The notes beneath the pieces were generated by a model. That model was not told the origin of the DNA. It did not search any database and saw only the letters and a list, made by a program, of their open reading frames with translations. Position numbers and translations under genes: made by a program. Positions 1 through 8,647 of a stretch of DNA of 46,986 nt are shown piece by piece. Each line of letters opens with the position of its first letter. Within the stretch, counting starts at the first letter, position 1. The stretch covers positions 1-46,986 of the forward strand of contig JAFGOT010000031.1 of assembly GCA_016926395.1 (NCBI GenBank), written 5' to 3'. The stretch comes from Candidatus Woesearchaeota archaeon. GTDB lineage: Archaea > Nanobdellota > Nanobdellia > Woesearchaeales > SKGA01.

Positions 1-1662
1 ATGACTGGTTGTCATGGTTTTTGTGAACAAGGACCTATTGTTGTAATCAAACCAGAAAATATTTTTTATACAAAAGTAAAACCTGAGGATTGTGGTGATA
101 TTTTAAATGGTGTTGAATCAGGTGTTCCAGTCAACAGACTTCTTTTTAGAGAGGCACAACCAATAGATGGATCATCAGTTAACTCACCTCAAATTCAAAC
201 TCATGTTAAAGAAGTTGACTTCTACAAATTTCAGACAAGATACTTGCTTCGTCGAACAGGAGAAATTGATCCGTTTAATATTCATGATTTTCTAATGTTC
301 GGTGGGTTTCAAGGATTGCACAATGCTCTTGAGATGAAACCGCAAGAAGTTATTCAAACAGTTCTTGATAGTGGTCTTCGTGGCCGTGGTGGAGCTGGTT
401 TTCTAACAGGAAAAAAATGGTCTTTTTTGGCTAATGCAAAAGATGATGTAAAATTTTTAGTTGTAAATGCTGATGAAGGTGACCCTGGATCATTTATGGA
501 CCGAACATTAATGGAGGGTGATCCATTCTCATTAATTGAAGGTTTGCTAATTGCATCATATGCAACAGGTGCAAAGCAAGGTTATATTTATGTTCGAGCA
601 GAATATCCTGAAGCAGTTAATGTTTTAAAACATGTAATAAAAACTTGTTATGATAAAAATTATTTAGGTAAAAATATTCTTGGAAGAAAAGGATTTGATT
701 TTGATCTTGCTTTATTCTTAGGAGCTGGTGCTTTTGTATGTGGCGAAGAGACTGCTTTACTTAATAGTATTGAAGGCAAGCGTGGCATGCCAAGATTCAA
801 ACCTCCCTTTCCTGCACAAAAAGGTTTATTTGGAAAACCAACAAATATTAACAATGTTAAAACTTATGCTTATTCATCTCACATTCTTAGAGAAGGTCCT
901 GAATCTTTCAAAAAATATGGAAAAGAAGATTGTCCTGGAACTGCTGTTCTTTCTTTGACTGGAAAAGTCAATAATACTGGTATTGTTGAAGTACCTATGG
1001 GAACTAGCCTTCATGATTTGGTTTTCAAAATTGGTGATGGTGTTAAAGGCGGGAAAAAAGTTAAAGCTGTTCTTACTGGAGGACCATCTGGCGGTGCTAT
1101 TCCTGCTGACAAATTAGATATTGGTGTTGACTTTGATTCATTAAATAAAGCTGGAACTATTATGGGTTCTGGTGGGGTAATGGTTGTTGATGAAACGGAC
1201 TCCATGGTTGAGTTGGCGGATTTTTTTGTTCAATTTTCCATGTCTGAAAGTTGTGGTAAATGTGTTCCTTGTCGTGAAGGAACTTTGCGTATGCATGAAA
1301 TACTAAAAAAGATTCTTGATGGTAAAGGTGAAGAATCCGATCTTGATCTTTTAGAAAGACTTGCAAGTTATATGAAAAATACAGCTCTTTGTGGTCTTGG
1401 ACAAACTGCGCCTAATCCTGTTCTCTCAACTTTAAAACATTTCAAGAATGAGTATCTTGATCTGATTAATAATAAGCATAAAGTAAAATATTTCATAACT
1501 GATAGGTGTGTTGGTTGTCATATTTGTGCGAAAAATTGTCCAGTTCAATGTATATCTGGTAAACCTAAAGAACATCACGTAATTAACCAAGACAAATGTA
1601 TAAAATGTGGTAAGTGTTTTGAAGTTTGTCCAATAAAAGCAATAGATAGGTTGGTGGAATAA
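1..1662 (+). CDS. hydB: NuoF/HydB-like NADH-binding diaphorase subunit of a multimeric [FeFe]-hydrogenase (probably 5'-truncated by the window edge)
   Basis: Tail of a thioredoxin-like [2Fe-2S] domain (GCHGFCEQGP), FMN/NADH motifs SGLRGRGGAGF, NADEGDPG and GAGAFVCGEETAL, SLBB GGPSGG, [4Fe-4S] motif ESCGKCVPCREG...LCGLG, and a C-terminal 2x[4Fe-4S] domain. Its stop overlaps the hydA ATG (TAATG). Confidence 0.92.
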   Translation: MTGCHGFCEQGPIVVIKPENIFYTKVKPEDCGDILNGVESGVPVNRLLFREAQPIDGSSVNSPQIQTHVKEVDFYKFQTRYLLRRTGEIDPFNIHDFLMFGGFQGLHNALEMKPQEVIQTVLDSGLRGRGGAGFLTGKKWSFLANAKDDVKFLVVNADEGDPGSFMDRTLMEGDPFSLIEGLLIASYATGAKQGYIYVRAEYPEAVNVLKHVIKTCYDKNYLGKNILGRKGFDFDLALFLGAGAFVCGEETALLNSIEGKRGMPRFKPPFPAQKGLFGKPTNINNVKTYAYSSHILREGPESFKKYGKEDCPGTAVLSLTGKVNNTGIVEVPMGTSLHDLVFKIGDGVKGGKKVKAVLTGGPSGGAIPADKLDIGVDFDSLNKAGTIMGSGGVMVVDETDSMVELADFFVQFSMSESCGKCVPCREGTLRMHEILKKILDGKGEESDLDLLERLASYMKNTALCGLGQTAPNPVLSTLKHFKNEYLDLINNKHKVKYFITDRCVGCHICAKNCPVQCISGKPKEHHVINQDKCIKCGKCFEVCPIKAIDRLVE

Positions 1663-3380
1663 TGACAAAGAAAGTAACAATCACAGTTGATGGACAAAAA
1701 ATAAAAGCCAACGAAGGAGATAATTTGCTTGTTGTTTGTAAAAAGAATAATATTAACATTCCTCATCTTTGCTATTATGAAAGACTTCTTCCACAGGGAA
1801 GATGTAGATTGTGTGTTGTTGAAATTGAAGGTGGAAGAAAGCCTGTAACTTCTTGTACTACAACTGTTACTGATGGTATGGTTGTTAAAACTCATAGTAA
1901 AACTCTTCTTGAATCAAGAAAATTAAGCATGGAGCTAATTCTTGCGAATCATGATCGTAATTGTACTAGTTGTGTAAATAATCTGCATTGTAAACTTCAA
2001 AATTATGCTGATTCTCTTGGTGTTGAAGAGCAAGTATTTGGTGGCGGTCATCGAAAAGAATTTGATTTGGATTTTTCAAGTCATTCAATTGTTCGGGATA
2101 ATAACAAATGCATTTTATGTGGTAGGTGTTATAATGTTTGTAATGATCTGCAAACTGTTTATGCAATTGGACTCCAAGGTCGTGGTCATGGTTCATATGT
2201 TGCGCCTCCATTAAAACAAAATATGATGGAAAGTAATTGTGTTAATTGTGGTCAATGCGTGATTGCTTGTCCTACAGGTGCGTTATATGAAAAAAGAGAA
2301 CTGCAGCCTGTTATTGATGCATTAAATTCTGGTAAACATGTTATTGCTCAGACAGCTCCTTCTATTCGAGCTGCTCTTGGAGAATCTTTTGGAATGAAAC
2401 CAGGAACTCCTGTGACTGGGAAAATGGTTGCTGCTCTTCGTCGTCTTGGTTTTACAAAAGTTTTTGATACGGATTTAGCAGCTGACATGACTATTATTGA
2501 GGAAGCAACAGAGTTTGTTAAACGTTTCAAAGCAAAAAAGAATCTTCCTATGATTACTACTTGTTGTCCTGCGTGGGTTAAATTTGGTGAACAATTTTTC
2601 TTCGAACAACTTAATCACATGTCTAGTTGTCGTAGTCCTCAAGCTATGATGGCAAGTCTTATTAAAACTTATTATGCTAAGAAAAATAAAATTAATCCTA
2701 AAGATATAATTGTTGTTGACATAATGCCTTGTACTGCTAAGAAATTTGAAATAAGAAGACCTGAATTCGCAGGAGAAGCAGATTATGTTTTAACAACCGT
2801 TGAACTTGCAAAATTAATCAAATTATTTAATATTGATTTCTTAGATTTACCTGACGAAGAATTTGACAATCCATTAGGTAAAAGCACTGGTGCTGGAGAT
2901 ATTTTTGGTCGAAGCGGTGGTGTTATGGAAGCTGCTCTTCGTAGTGCAGCCGACATGTTAACTGGTAAAAATTTACAACACGTAGATTATCATGCTATTC
3001 GAGGTCTTGAAACTTGCAAAGAAGCAGAGCTTGAGCTTGCTGGTGAAAAAATTAAAATCGCTGTAGTTCACACTCTTGGTGAAGCAAGAAAAATAATGGA
3101 AGACATTCGAGCTGGTGAATCTCCTTATCATTTTATTGAAATAATGGCTTGTTATGGTGGTTGTATTGGTGGTGGTGGTCAACCTAGAGTTGATGATATT
3201 GATGAAGTTTTGCCTAAACGTGCTGCTGCTCTTAACAAAGAAGATAAAAGTAAAAAAATTAGAAAATCACATAAAAACCCTTATGCTCTAAAAATTTATA
3301 AAGACTTTATTGGAGAACCAGGCGGCAAGAACGCACATAAATTATTGCACACAAAATACACAAAAAGAGAGCATTTATAA
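1662..3380 (+). CDS. hydA: [FeFe]-hydrogenase catalytic subunit (group A, HydA)
   Basis: H-cluster motifs L1 TTCCPAW, L2 MPCTAKKFE and L3 EIMACYGGCIGGGGQP. N-terminal [2Fe-2S], His-ligated [4Fe-4S] (HDRNCTSC) and 2x[4Fe-4S]. C-terminal small-subunit-like RKSHKNP...AHKLLHT. Confidence 0.96.
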   Translation: MTKKVTITVDGQKIKANEGDNLLVVCKKNNINIPHLCYYERLLPQGRCRLCVVEIEGGRKPVTSCTTTVTDGMVVKTHSKTLLESRKLSMELILANHDRNCTSCVNNLHCKLQNYADSLGVEEQVFGGGHRKEFDLDFSSHSIVRDNNKCILCGRCYNVCNDLQTVYAIGLQGRGHGSYVAPPLKQNMMESNCVNCGQCVIACPTGALYEKRELQPVIDALNSGKHVIAQTAPSIRAALGESFGMKPGTPVTGKMVAALRRLGFTKVFDTDLAADMTIIEEATEFVKRFKAKKNLPMITTCCPAWVKFGEQFFFEQLNHMSSCRSPQAMMASLIKTYYAKKNKINPKDIIVVDIMPCTAKKFEIRRPEFAGEADYVLTTVELAKLIKLFNIDFLDLPDEEFDNPLGKSTGAGDIFGRSGGVMEAALRSAADMLTGKNLQHVDYHAIRGLETCKEAELELAGEKIKIAVVHTLGEARKIMEDIRAGESPYHFIEIMACYGGCIGGGGQPRVDDIDEVLPKRAAALNKEDKSKKIRKSHKNPYALKIYKDFIGEPGGKNAHKLLHTKYTKREHL

Positions 3381-3404
3381 TTCTCTTTGTAAGTTTCTTA
3401 ATTT

Positions 3405-4604
3405 ATGAAGAACAAATTATGGACTAAAGATTTTTCGCTGTTATTTTCTGGTGCTTTGGTTTCTGGTTTGGGTTCTTATGCTACTTCTGTTGCTTTAGGT
3501 TTTTTCTTATTGGATTTAACTGGTTCAACTTCTTTGATGGCAACTCTTCTTTCTATTGATTTTTTGGTTTTTGCTTTAGTCCTGCCTTTTGGTGGTTTGT
3601 TCGCAGATTTTTTTCAAAGAAACAAGTTAATGTTTTTTGCTGATATTATTAGGGGTGTTGTCGTTTTACTATTTGCATTTTTAGTTTTTAGAAATATTGT
3701 TCCTATTTGGTTTGTGGTTATAACAGTAATTTTTATTGGTTCAGGTCGAGGATTGATGAACCCAACTGTTAATTCATATACTCCAGATATTGTCAAGAAA
3801 AATAACTTACGAAGAGCAAATAGTTTCATGATGCTTTCTGATTCTGCTTCAAGTATTTTTGGCAGAGGAATTGGTGGTTTTTTATTGCAAACTTTTGGAG
3901 CTCCATTGCTATTCTTTTTTGATGGTTTAACTTATTTATTCTCCGGTATTTCTGAGTTATTTATTTCTGAGAAACGAGCGAAGAAAAAAATTAATCCAAA
4001 AAAATCTTTTTCTATGATTGCTCAAGGATTTTCTTATTTACTAAAGCACAGGTCTGCACTTCTTTTTGTAATCTTTGCAGGTGTTTCAAACTTATTTAAT
4101 GCAGTTGCTGCCATAACTTTTATTCCTTTTTTTGATTCTTATTTTTCTGCAAGTTTTTATGGTTTGTTTTTAGCTTTTTTTGGAATAGCCTATATTGTTG
4201 GAACGTTTATTGCAAGTTATATTCCAAAGAAATATTCGAAATCTAGTTTTATCTTTTCTATTTCATTTTGGCCTTTGGCTGCAGGTGCGGCTTTCTTTTT
4301 TCATTCCTTTATATCAATTTCACTTATTTATGCTATTGCTGGTTTGTTTAATGGTATTAGTAATAATTTTTTACGTTCCATTTTTCAAGTACTGGGTCCT
4401 AAAGAATTACGTGCACGAGTAAATGCTTCCGCCATGCTTTTTATTAGAATCTCCTGGCCTGTTGGAATTTTTATTGGTGGTTTGTTATCTTCTGTATTTT
4501 CATTTGCTTTTGTTATTGCAGGATCTTATTTTGTTGGTGCTTTTGTTACTATTCTATTCATTTTGTTTACTTCCATGGTTTCTGTTCTAAAAGTCTTAGA
4601 TTGA
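3405..4604 (+). CDS. MFS transporter (DHA3/macrolide-efflux-like)
   Basis: About 12 hydrophobic segments; motif A-like GGLFADFFQRNKLM; typical N-terminus LWTKDFSLLF. Confidence 0.85.
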   Translation: MKNKLWTKDFSLLFSGALVSGLGSYATSVALGFFLLDLTGSTSLMATLLSIDFLVFALVLPFGGLFADFFQRNKLMFFADIIRGVVVLLFAFLVFRNIVPIWFVVITVIFIGSGRGLMNPTVNSYTPDIVKKNNLRRANSFMMLSDSASSIFGRGIGGFLLQTFGAPLLFFFDGLTYLFSGISELFISEKRAKKKINPKKSFSMIAQGFSYLLKHRSALLFVIFAGVSNLFNAVAAITFIPFFDSYFSASFYGLFLAFFGIAYIVGTFIASYIPKKYSKSSFIFSISFWPLAAGAAFFFHSFISISLIYAIAGLFNGISNNFLRSIFQVLGPKELRARVNASAMLFIRISWPVGIFIGGLLSSVFSFAFVIAGSYFVGAFVTILFILFTSMVSVLKVLD

Positions 4605-4687
4605 TCATTTTTCAAAAATTATTTGTTTAAACTTAACTAAGTAGTGGTTACATTCTTTTTTAAACTTCGAAATTGCCATTATATTTA

Positions 4688-5662
4688 ATGTTGATTGATG
4701 ACCTAAAAGAAAAAGCTAAAGCTTCTAAAAAAACTATTGTCCTGCCCGAAGGATGTGATGATAGAGTTCTAAATGCAGCTTGTATTGCTCATGCTGATAA
4801 TTTAGCAGAAATAATTATTTTAGGTGATATTGATAAAATTAAATGGCGTGCCGGTGAGTTGAATCTTAACTTAGATGGTGTTAGTATTATTGATCCAAAA
4901 AATAGTCAATATAATCAAACTTTTTCTGATGTTCTTTATGGGCTTAGAAAACATAAAGGTCTAACTCCTATTCAAGCAAGTGACTTAGTTAAACAACCAT
5001 GTTATTTTGCTACAATGATGGTTCATCAAGGAATTGCAGATGGCTATGTCAGCGGTGCAGCTCATACAACTGCTGACACTCTTCGTCCTGCTCTTCAAGT
5101 TATAAAAACTCCTGATAAAGAAACTGTTGCTTCTAGTTTTTTTATTATGATCACTCCTGAAGATAAAATTTATTTCTTTGCTGATTGTGGTTTTGTGAAA
5201 AATCCAACGGATAAAGAACTTGCATCCATTGCTATTGCAACAGCTGATTCAGCTAAGTCTTTTGGTTTTACACCTAAAGTTGCGATGCTTTCATTTTCTA
5301 CAAAAGGAAGTGCAAAAGATCCTTTAGTTGATAAGGTTATTAGTGCTACAAGTATTGTAAAACAAAAAAGACCTGATATTCTAATTGACGGTGAATTACA
5401 ACTTGATGCTGCAATTGTTCCTGATGTTGCGAAAAAGAAATGTCCAATATCTCCTATTCAAGGCGATGCTAATGTTTTAATTTTTCCAGATTTACAATCC
5501 GGTAATATTGGTTACAAATTAGTCCAGCGTTTTGCTCATGCTAAAGCTGTTGGACCTATTGTTCAAGGTTTAAACAAACCTGTTAATGATTTGAGTCGTG
5601 GTTGTAGTGTTGAAGATATTGTTGATGTAATCGCAATAACTGCAGTTTCTTCAAAACAGTAA
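4688..5662 (+). CDS. pta: phosphate acetyltransferase
   Basis: IVLPEG.D.RVL.AA, SGAAHTTADTLRPALQ, FADC, DGELQLDAA, GNIGYKL, PVNDLSRGCS. ATG at 4688 preferred over TTG at 4673. Confidence 0.96.
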   Translation: MLIDDLKEKAKASKKTIVLPEGCDDRVLNAACIAHADNLAEIIILGDIDKIKWRAGELNLNLDGVSIIDPKNSQYNQTFSDVLYGLRKHKGLTPIQASDLVKQPCYFATMMVHQGIADGYVSGAAHTTADTLRPALQVIKTPDKETVASSFFIMITPEDKIYFFADCGFVKNPTDKELASIAIATADSAKSFGFTPKVAMLSFSTKGSAKDPLVDKVISATSIVKQKRPDILIDGELQLDAAIVPDVAKKKCPISPIQGDANVLIFPDLQSGNIGYKLVQRFAHAKAVGPIVQGLNKPVNDLSRGCSVEDIVDVIAITAVSSKQ

Positions 5663-5709
5663 CCTTTAAGAGTCTTTCATAAACCCTTGTGGTTTGTGAG
5701 GTTTTTGTT

Positions 5710-6849
5710 ATGAATATCTTAGTAATTAATAGTGGAAGTTCATCTTTAAAGTTTCAATTAATTAACCCTGCTACTGAAGAAGTTATTACCAAAGGCGGTG
5801 TTGATGGCATTGGTCTTGAAATTTGTAAGGTTAAAATTGACGGCACAGAAGATGTTATTTTTTTAGAAAATCATAAAGCAGCATTAAATTATGTTCTTGA
5901 AAGAATTGATAAGTCTCAAATAGAAGCGGTTGGTCATCGTGTTGTTCATGGTGGTGAATATTATTCTTCTCCTGCTATTGTTGACGAAACTTTAATTAAA
6001 CGTGTTACTGAGTTAAGTGAGCTTGCTCCTCTTCATAATCCTGCTAATATTCAAGGCATTATTGCTTGTCAAGAAGTTTTGCCAGGTGTTAAACAAGTTG
6101 CAGTTTTTGATACTGCCTATCATCAGACTATTCCTCCCAAGGCTTACATGTATGGTATTCCTTATGAGTATTATGAGCGTCACAAGATAAGAAAATATGG
6201 TTTTCATGGAACAAGTCATAAATATATTATGCAAAAAACAAGAGATCTTTTAAATAAAGATCCTATCACGATGATTTCTTGTCACATTGGTAATGGTTCA
6301 AGTATTGCTGCAATAAAAGATAATCTTTCTGTCGATACTTCTATGGGCTTCACTCCTTTACCTGGTATTGTTATGGGTACTAGATGTGGTGATATTGACC
6401 CTGAGATTGTTTCTTATTTAGAAACTAAAGAAGGTCTTAGTCCAAATAGTGTAAAAAATATTTTGAATACAAAAAGCGGTCTTCTTGGAGTTAGTGGTAG
6501 TTCTGATATGAGAATTATTTATCAACGAGCTGAAGAAGGAGATTTTAGAGCAAAATTGGCAATTGATATTTTGGCTTATGATATCGCAAAATACGTTGCT
6601 GCTTATGCTGGAATTTTGGGTCCTGTTGATGCAATTACTTTCACTGCGGGTCTTGGAGAGAATGCATTTTATCTAAGAGAAAAGGTTATTCATTATTTTA
6701 ATACTCGAGATGTTAGTCTTGATGTTGAACGTAATAAAAGAAATGAAACTGTGATTTCAACACTTGATTCGGTTACTAAAGTTCTTGTTATTCCAACAAA
6801 TGAAGAATTAATGATTGCTAAAGAAACGGCTAATGTATTGACACATTAG
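5710..6849 (+). CDS. ackA: acetate kinase
   Basis: ILVINSGSSSLKF, GHRVVHGG, LAPLHNP, DTAYH, YGFHGTSH, DTSMGFTPL, IPTNEELMIA. ATG at 5710 follows GAGG. Confidence 0.97.
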   Translation: MNILVINSGSSSLKFQLINPATEEVITKGGVDGIGLEICKVKIDGTEDVIFLENHKAALNYVLERIDKSQIEAVGHRVVHGGEYYSSPAIVDETLIKRVTELSELAPLHNPANIQGIIACQEVLPGVKQVAVFDTAYHQTIPPKAYMYGIPYEYYERHKIRKYGFHGTSHKYIMQKTRDLLNKDPITMISCHIGNGSSIAAIKDNLSVDTSMGFTPLPGIVMGTRCGDIDPEIVSYLETKEGLSPNSVKNILNTKSGLLGVSGSSDMRIIYQRAEEGDFRAKLAIDILAYDIAKYVAAYAGILGPVDAITFTAGLGENAFYLREKVIHYFNTRDVSLDVERNKRNETVISTLDSVTKVLVIPTNEELMIAKETANVLTH

Positions 6850-6854
6850 TTTTT

Positions 6855-7628
6855 TTATTTTCCTTCTATTTTTTTCAAAAGGCAAAAATCATACACGTCT
6901 TTTTCTATATTATATTGTTCTATGTTATGTATGTATGATGTTTCTATAATTTCTCTTAAATTATTCAGATTGTCTTTTGGATGGTAACTTGTTCCGCCTT
7001 TTATTATTTGATTTCTTAAAAACTCAAAAACCGGATTAATTCCAATGTTAAGTTTATTTGATTTCGAAATTATTTTTCCAAATTTATTTTCAAGTAATGG
7101 CCAGAAAGATTCAACATTTACGGTGTCTTCGGGTTTTATTTCTATTTTCGCTTTTGTTTGTATTTCATCTGCTGTTATTTCCAATTCTGATAATTTTACT
7201 TTGTGTATGTCGTTAATTAGTTTTTCTCTAACTTTTTCTTCTATTCTTGTATATAATTCTGGTTGATGTCTGGTAAATGTCATTAAGAAAATATTTTTTT
7301 GCTCATATAATCCATCTTGAATTATTTGAATAATGTTTGCATGGTGTCCTTTTGAAACATGATACCCCTAGTCAAATTTATTTTTAATCATCTTTCCTAT
7401 GCTGTTTCCATATGCTACTTTAAACTCTGTAAATGGTATTGTTTCAACTAATATGTCTGCATCAATTGTTGGTCTTAGAAGGTCTTGGAATTGGCTTAAT
7501 GCGTAAATTTGAACTGCTAAACCTCCTACTATTGCATAGTTTTCACTGGTTTGTTTGATTTCTTCTTCGTGTTTTGCTAGTGTAAACAGTGCTGTTTTAG
7601 CTATTTTCGATTTAATATTTGCAACCAA
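6855..7628 (-). pseudogene. nucleotidyltransferase-like gene interrupted by one in-frame TAG at 7368-7370 (readthrough, pseudogene or sequencing error)
   Basis: ORFs 7368..7628 and 6855..7283 share a frame, and the gap is open after the TAG (GYHVSKGHHANIIQIIQDGLYEQKNIFL-M). N-terminal YAIVGGLAV...RPTIDADIL is a GG...RxTxDxD NTase motif, and C-terminal HPKD matches the usual family end. TATA box TTTATAAA at 7653-7660. Confidence 0.7.
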
Positions 7629-7755
7629 AGTAGTCTTCTTATTGTTGTTTGATTTATAAACATTTCCTTTATGTTACTACTTCATAGTGCTCTATTTTTA
7701 AATAGGCAGAATAGTTTTATTTAAAAATGGTCCTTGATTGTCTTTATTAATCTTT

Positions 7756-7837
7756 GCCAAAGTCGCATAATCCGGTATTGCGCCAGTCTCGAAAACTGGT
7801 TCCTTTGGAATTCCCGGTTCAAATCCGGGCTTTGGCG
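7756..7837 (+). tRNA. tRNA-Ser(CGA)
   Basis: Acceptor GCCAAAG/CTTTGGC plus G73, anticodon arm CCAGT-CTCGAAA-ACTGG, long variable arm TTCC-TTT-GGAA, T arm CCCGG-TTCAAAT-CCGGG. No encoded CCA. Confidence 0.95.
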
Positions 7838-7930
7838 CTTTTTGTATTTCTCTAGCATCATTCTCAATTTAATCAGAAAAGTGACAAGATTGGTTTGTGC
7901 CAATCATTTTCAAAGAAAATTATTGTGTCA

Positions 7931-7951
7931 CAAATCCGGGCTTTGGCGCCA
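7931..7951 (+). repeat. direct repeat of the tRNA-Ser 3' end, ending in CCA
   Basis: CAAATCCGGGCTTTGGCGC (19 bp) at 7931-7949 is identical to 7820-7838, and this copy reads ...GGCG-CCA. Confidence 0.93.
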
Positions 7952-8019
7952 TTTACAACCTCTATTGAAAACCTTTATAAAAGAAATATTGATTCTTCTA
8001 ACTACTGAATTTATTCTAT

Positions 8020-8148
8020 GCGGGAGTAGTTCAGCCTGGTTAGATCGCCACGCTCATAAATGCTTGTTGAGCGATGAGACGTAATTGTCAATGATTATCA
8101 ACATGTGGTGCACCGTGGAAGTCCGGAGTTCAAATCTCCGCTCCCGCA
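8020..8148 (+). tRNA. tRNA with CAT anticodon (probably elongator Met), intron about 8059-8112
   Basis: Acceptor GCGGGAG/CTCCCGC plus A, anticodon stem CCACG/CGTGG with loop CTCATA interrupted by about 54 nt at position 37/38, T arm CGGAG-TTCAAAT-CTCCG. It lacks the initiator GGG/CCC pairs. TTTATAAA at 7974-7981. Confidence 0.88.
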
Positions 8149-8150
8149 CT

Positions 8151-8561
8151 TTATTCTAGTGCTTTTATTATCTTCTCAGCTGATAGAATCCGTTCTTCTT
8201 CAGGAATATCATATTGTTTCCAATGTTTTATTCCATCGTTTTCATATCTGGGAATTATGTGAATGTGGGTGTGAAATATTACTTGTCCTGCTTCTGGTTT
8301 TGTATTGACAATTATATTGAATCCTTTAGCATCAAGGCCCTTCATACATGCAGTTCCTATTTTTTGTATAACTTCAAGAGTTGAGCATCCCAGTTCTTTA
8401 TTCATGCTTAGTATGTCTTCTGAGTGTTCTTTAGGAATTATTACTGTGTGTCCTTTGTTTGCGGGTTTTAGGTCTTCAAATGCAACAAATTTATTGTCCT
8501 CATACACTTTAATTGAGGGAATTTCGCCTTTTATGATTTTACAAAATATGCAGTTTTCCAT
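8151..8561 (-). CDS. HIT family nucleotide hydrolase
   Basis: CIFCKII, GHTVIIPK.H, AGQVIFHTHIHIIPR histidine triad. GGGGT SD-like site upstream. Confidence 0.95.
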   Translation of the reverse strand: MENCIFCKIIKGEIPSIKVYEDNKFVAFEDLKPANKGHTVIIPKEHSEDILSMNKELGCSTLEVIQKIGTACMKGLDAKGFNIIVNTKPEAGQVIFHTHIHIIPRYENDGIKHWKQYDIPEEERILSAEKIIKALE

Positions 8562-8647
8562 GTTTTTTACCCCTTAAATCTATTATATTAACGTGTCGAA
8601 GTCACTACTTAGTGACGAAATGTTTATAAATATGATTTTCCCTCCTT

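Noticed and set aside
1-1662. Respiratory complex I NuoF
   Set aside because: It is translationally coupled to an H-cluster protein, has extra ferredoxin domains, and no other nuo genes are present. HydB-like is the better call.
660-3182. Short alternative-frame and antisense ORFs within hydB/hydA (and similar ones inside other long genes, e.g. 28489-34279, 38828-40399, 44598-46928)
   Set aside because: Shadow ORFs fully overlapping well-supported genes, with no motifs.
7838-7930. Intact integrated virus or plasmid at tRNA-Ser (likewise at tRNA-Gly)
   Set aside because: The spacers between the repeats are only about 92 bp and 42 bp and encode no integrase. At most they are scars.
8020-8148. 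Initiator tRNA-Met
   Set aside because: It has G1-C72 rather than A1-U72 and lacks three consecutive G-C pairs in the anticodon stem. Ile2 (agmatidine) identity cannot be fully excluded.
7721-8308. ORFs 7734..8084 (+), 7721..7903 (-) and 8105..8308 (+)
   Set aside because: They overlap the tRNA-Ser and tRNA-Met genes or lie antisense to HIT. The repeated KSGLWR is just the tRNA 3'-end duplication.
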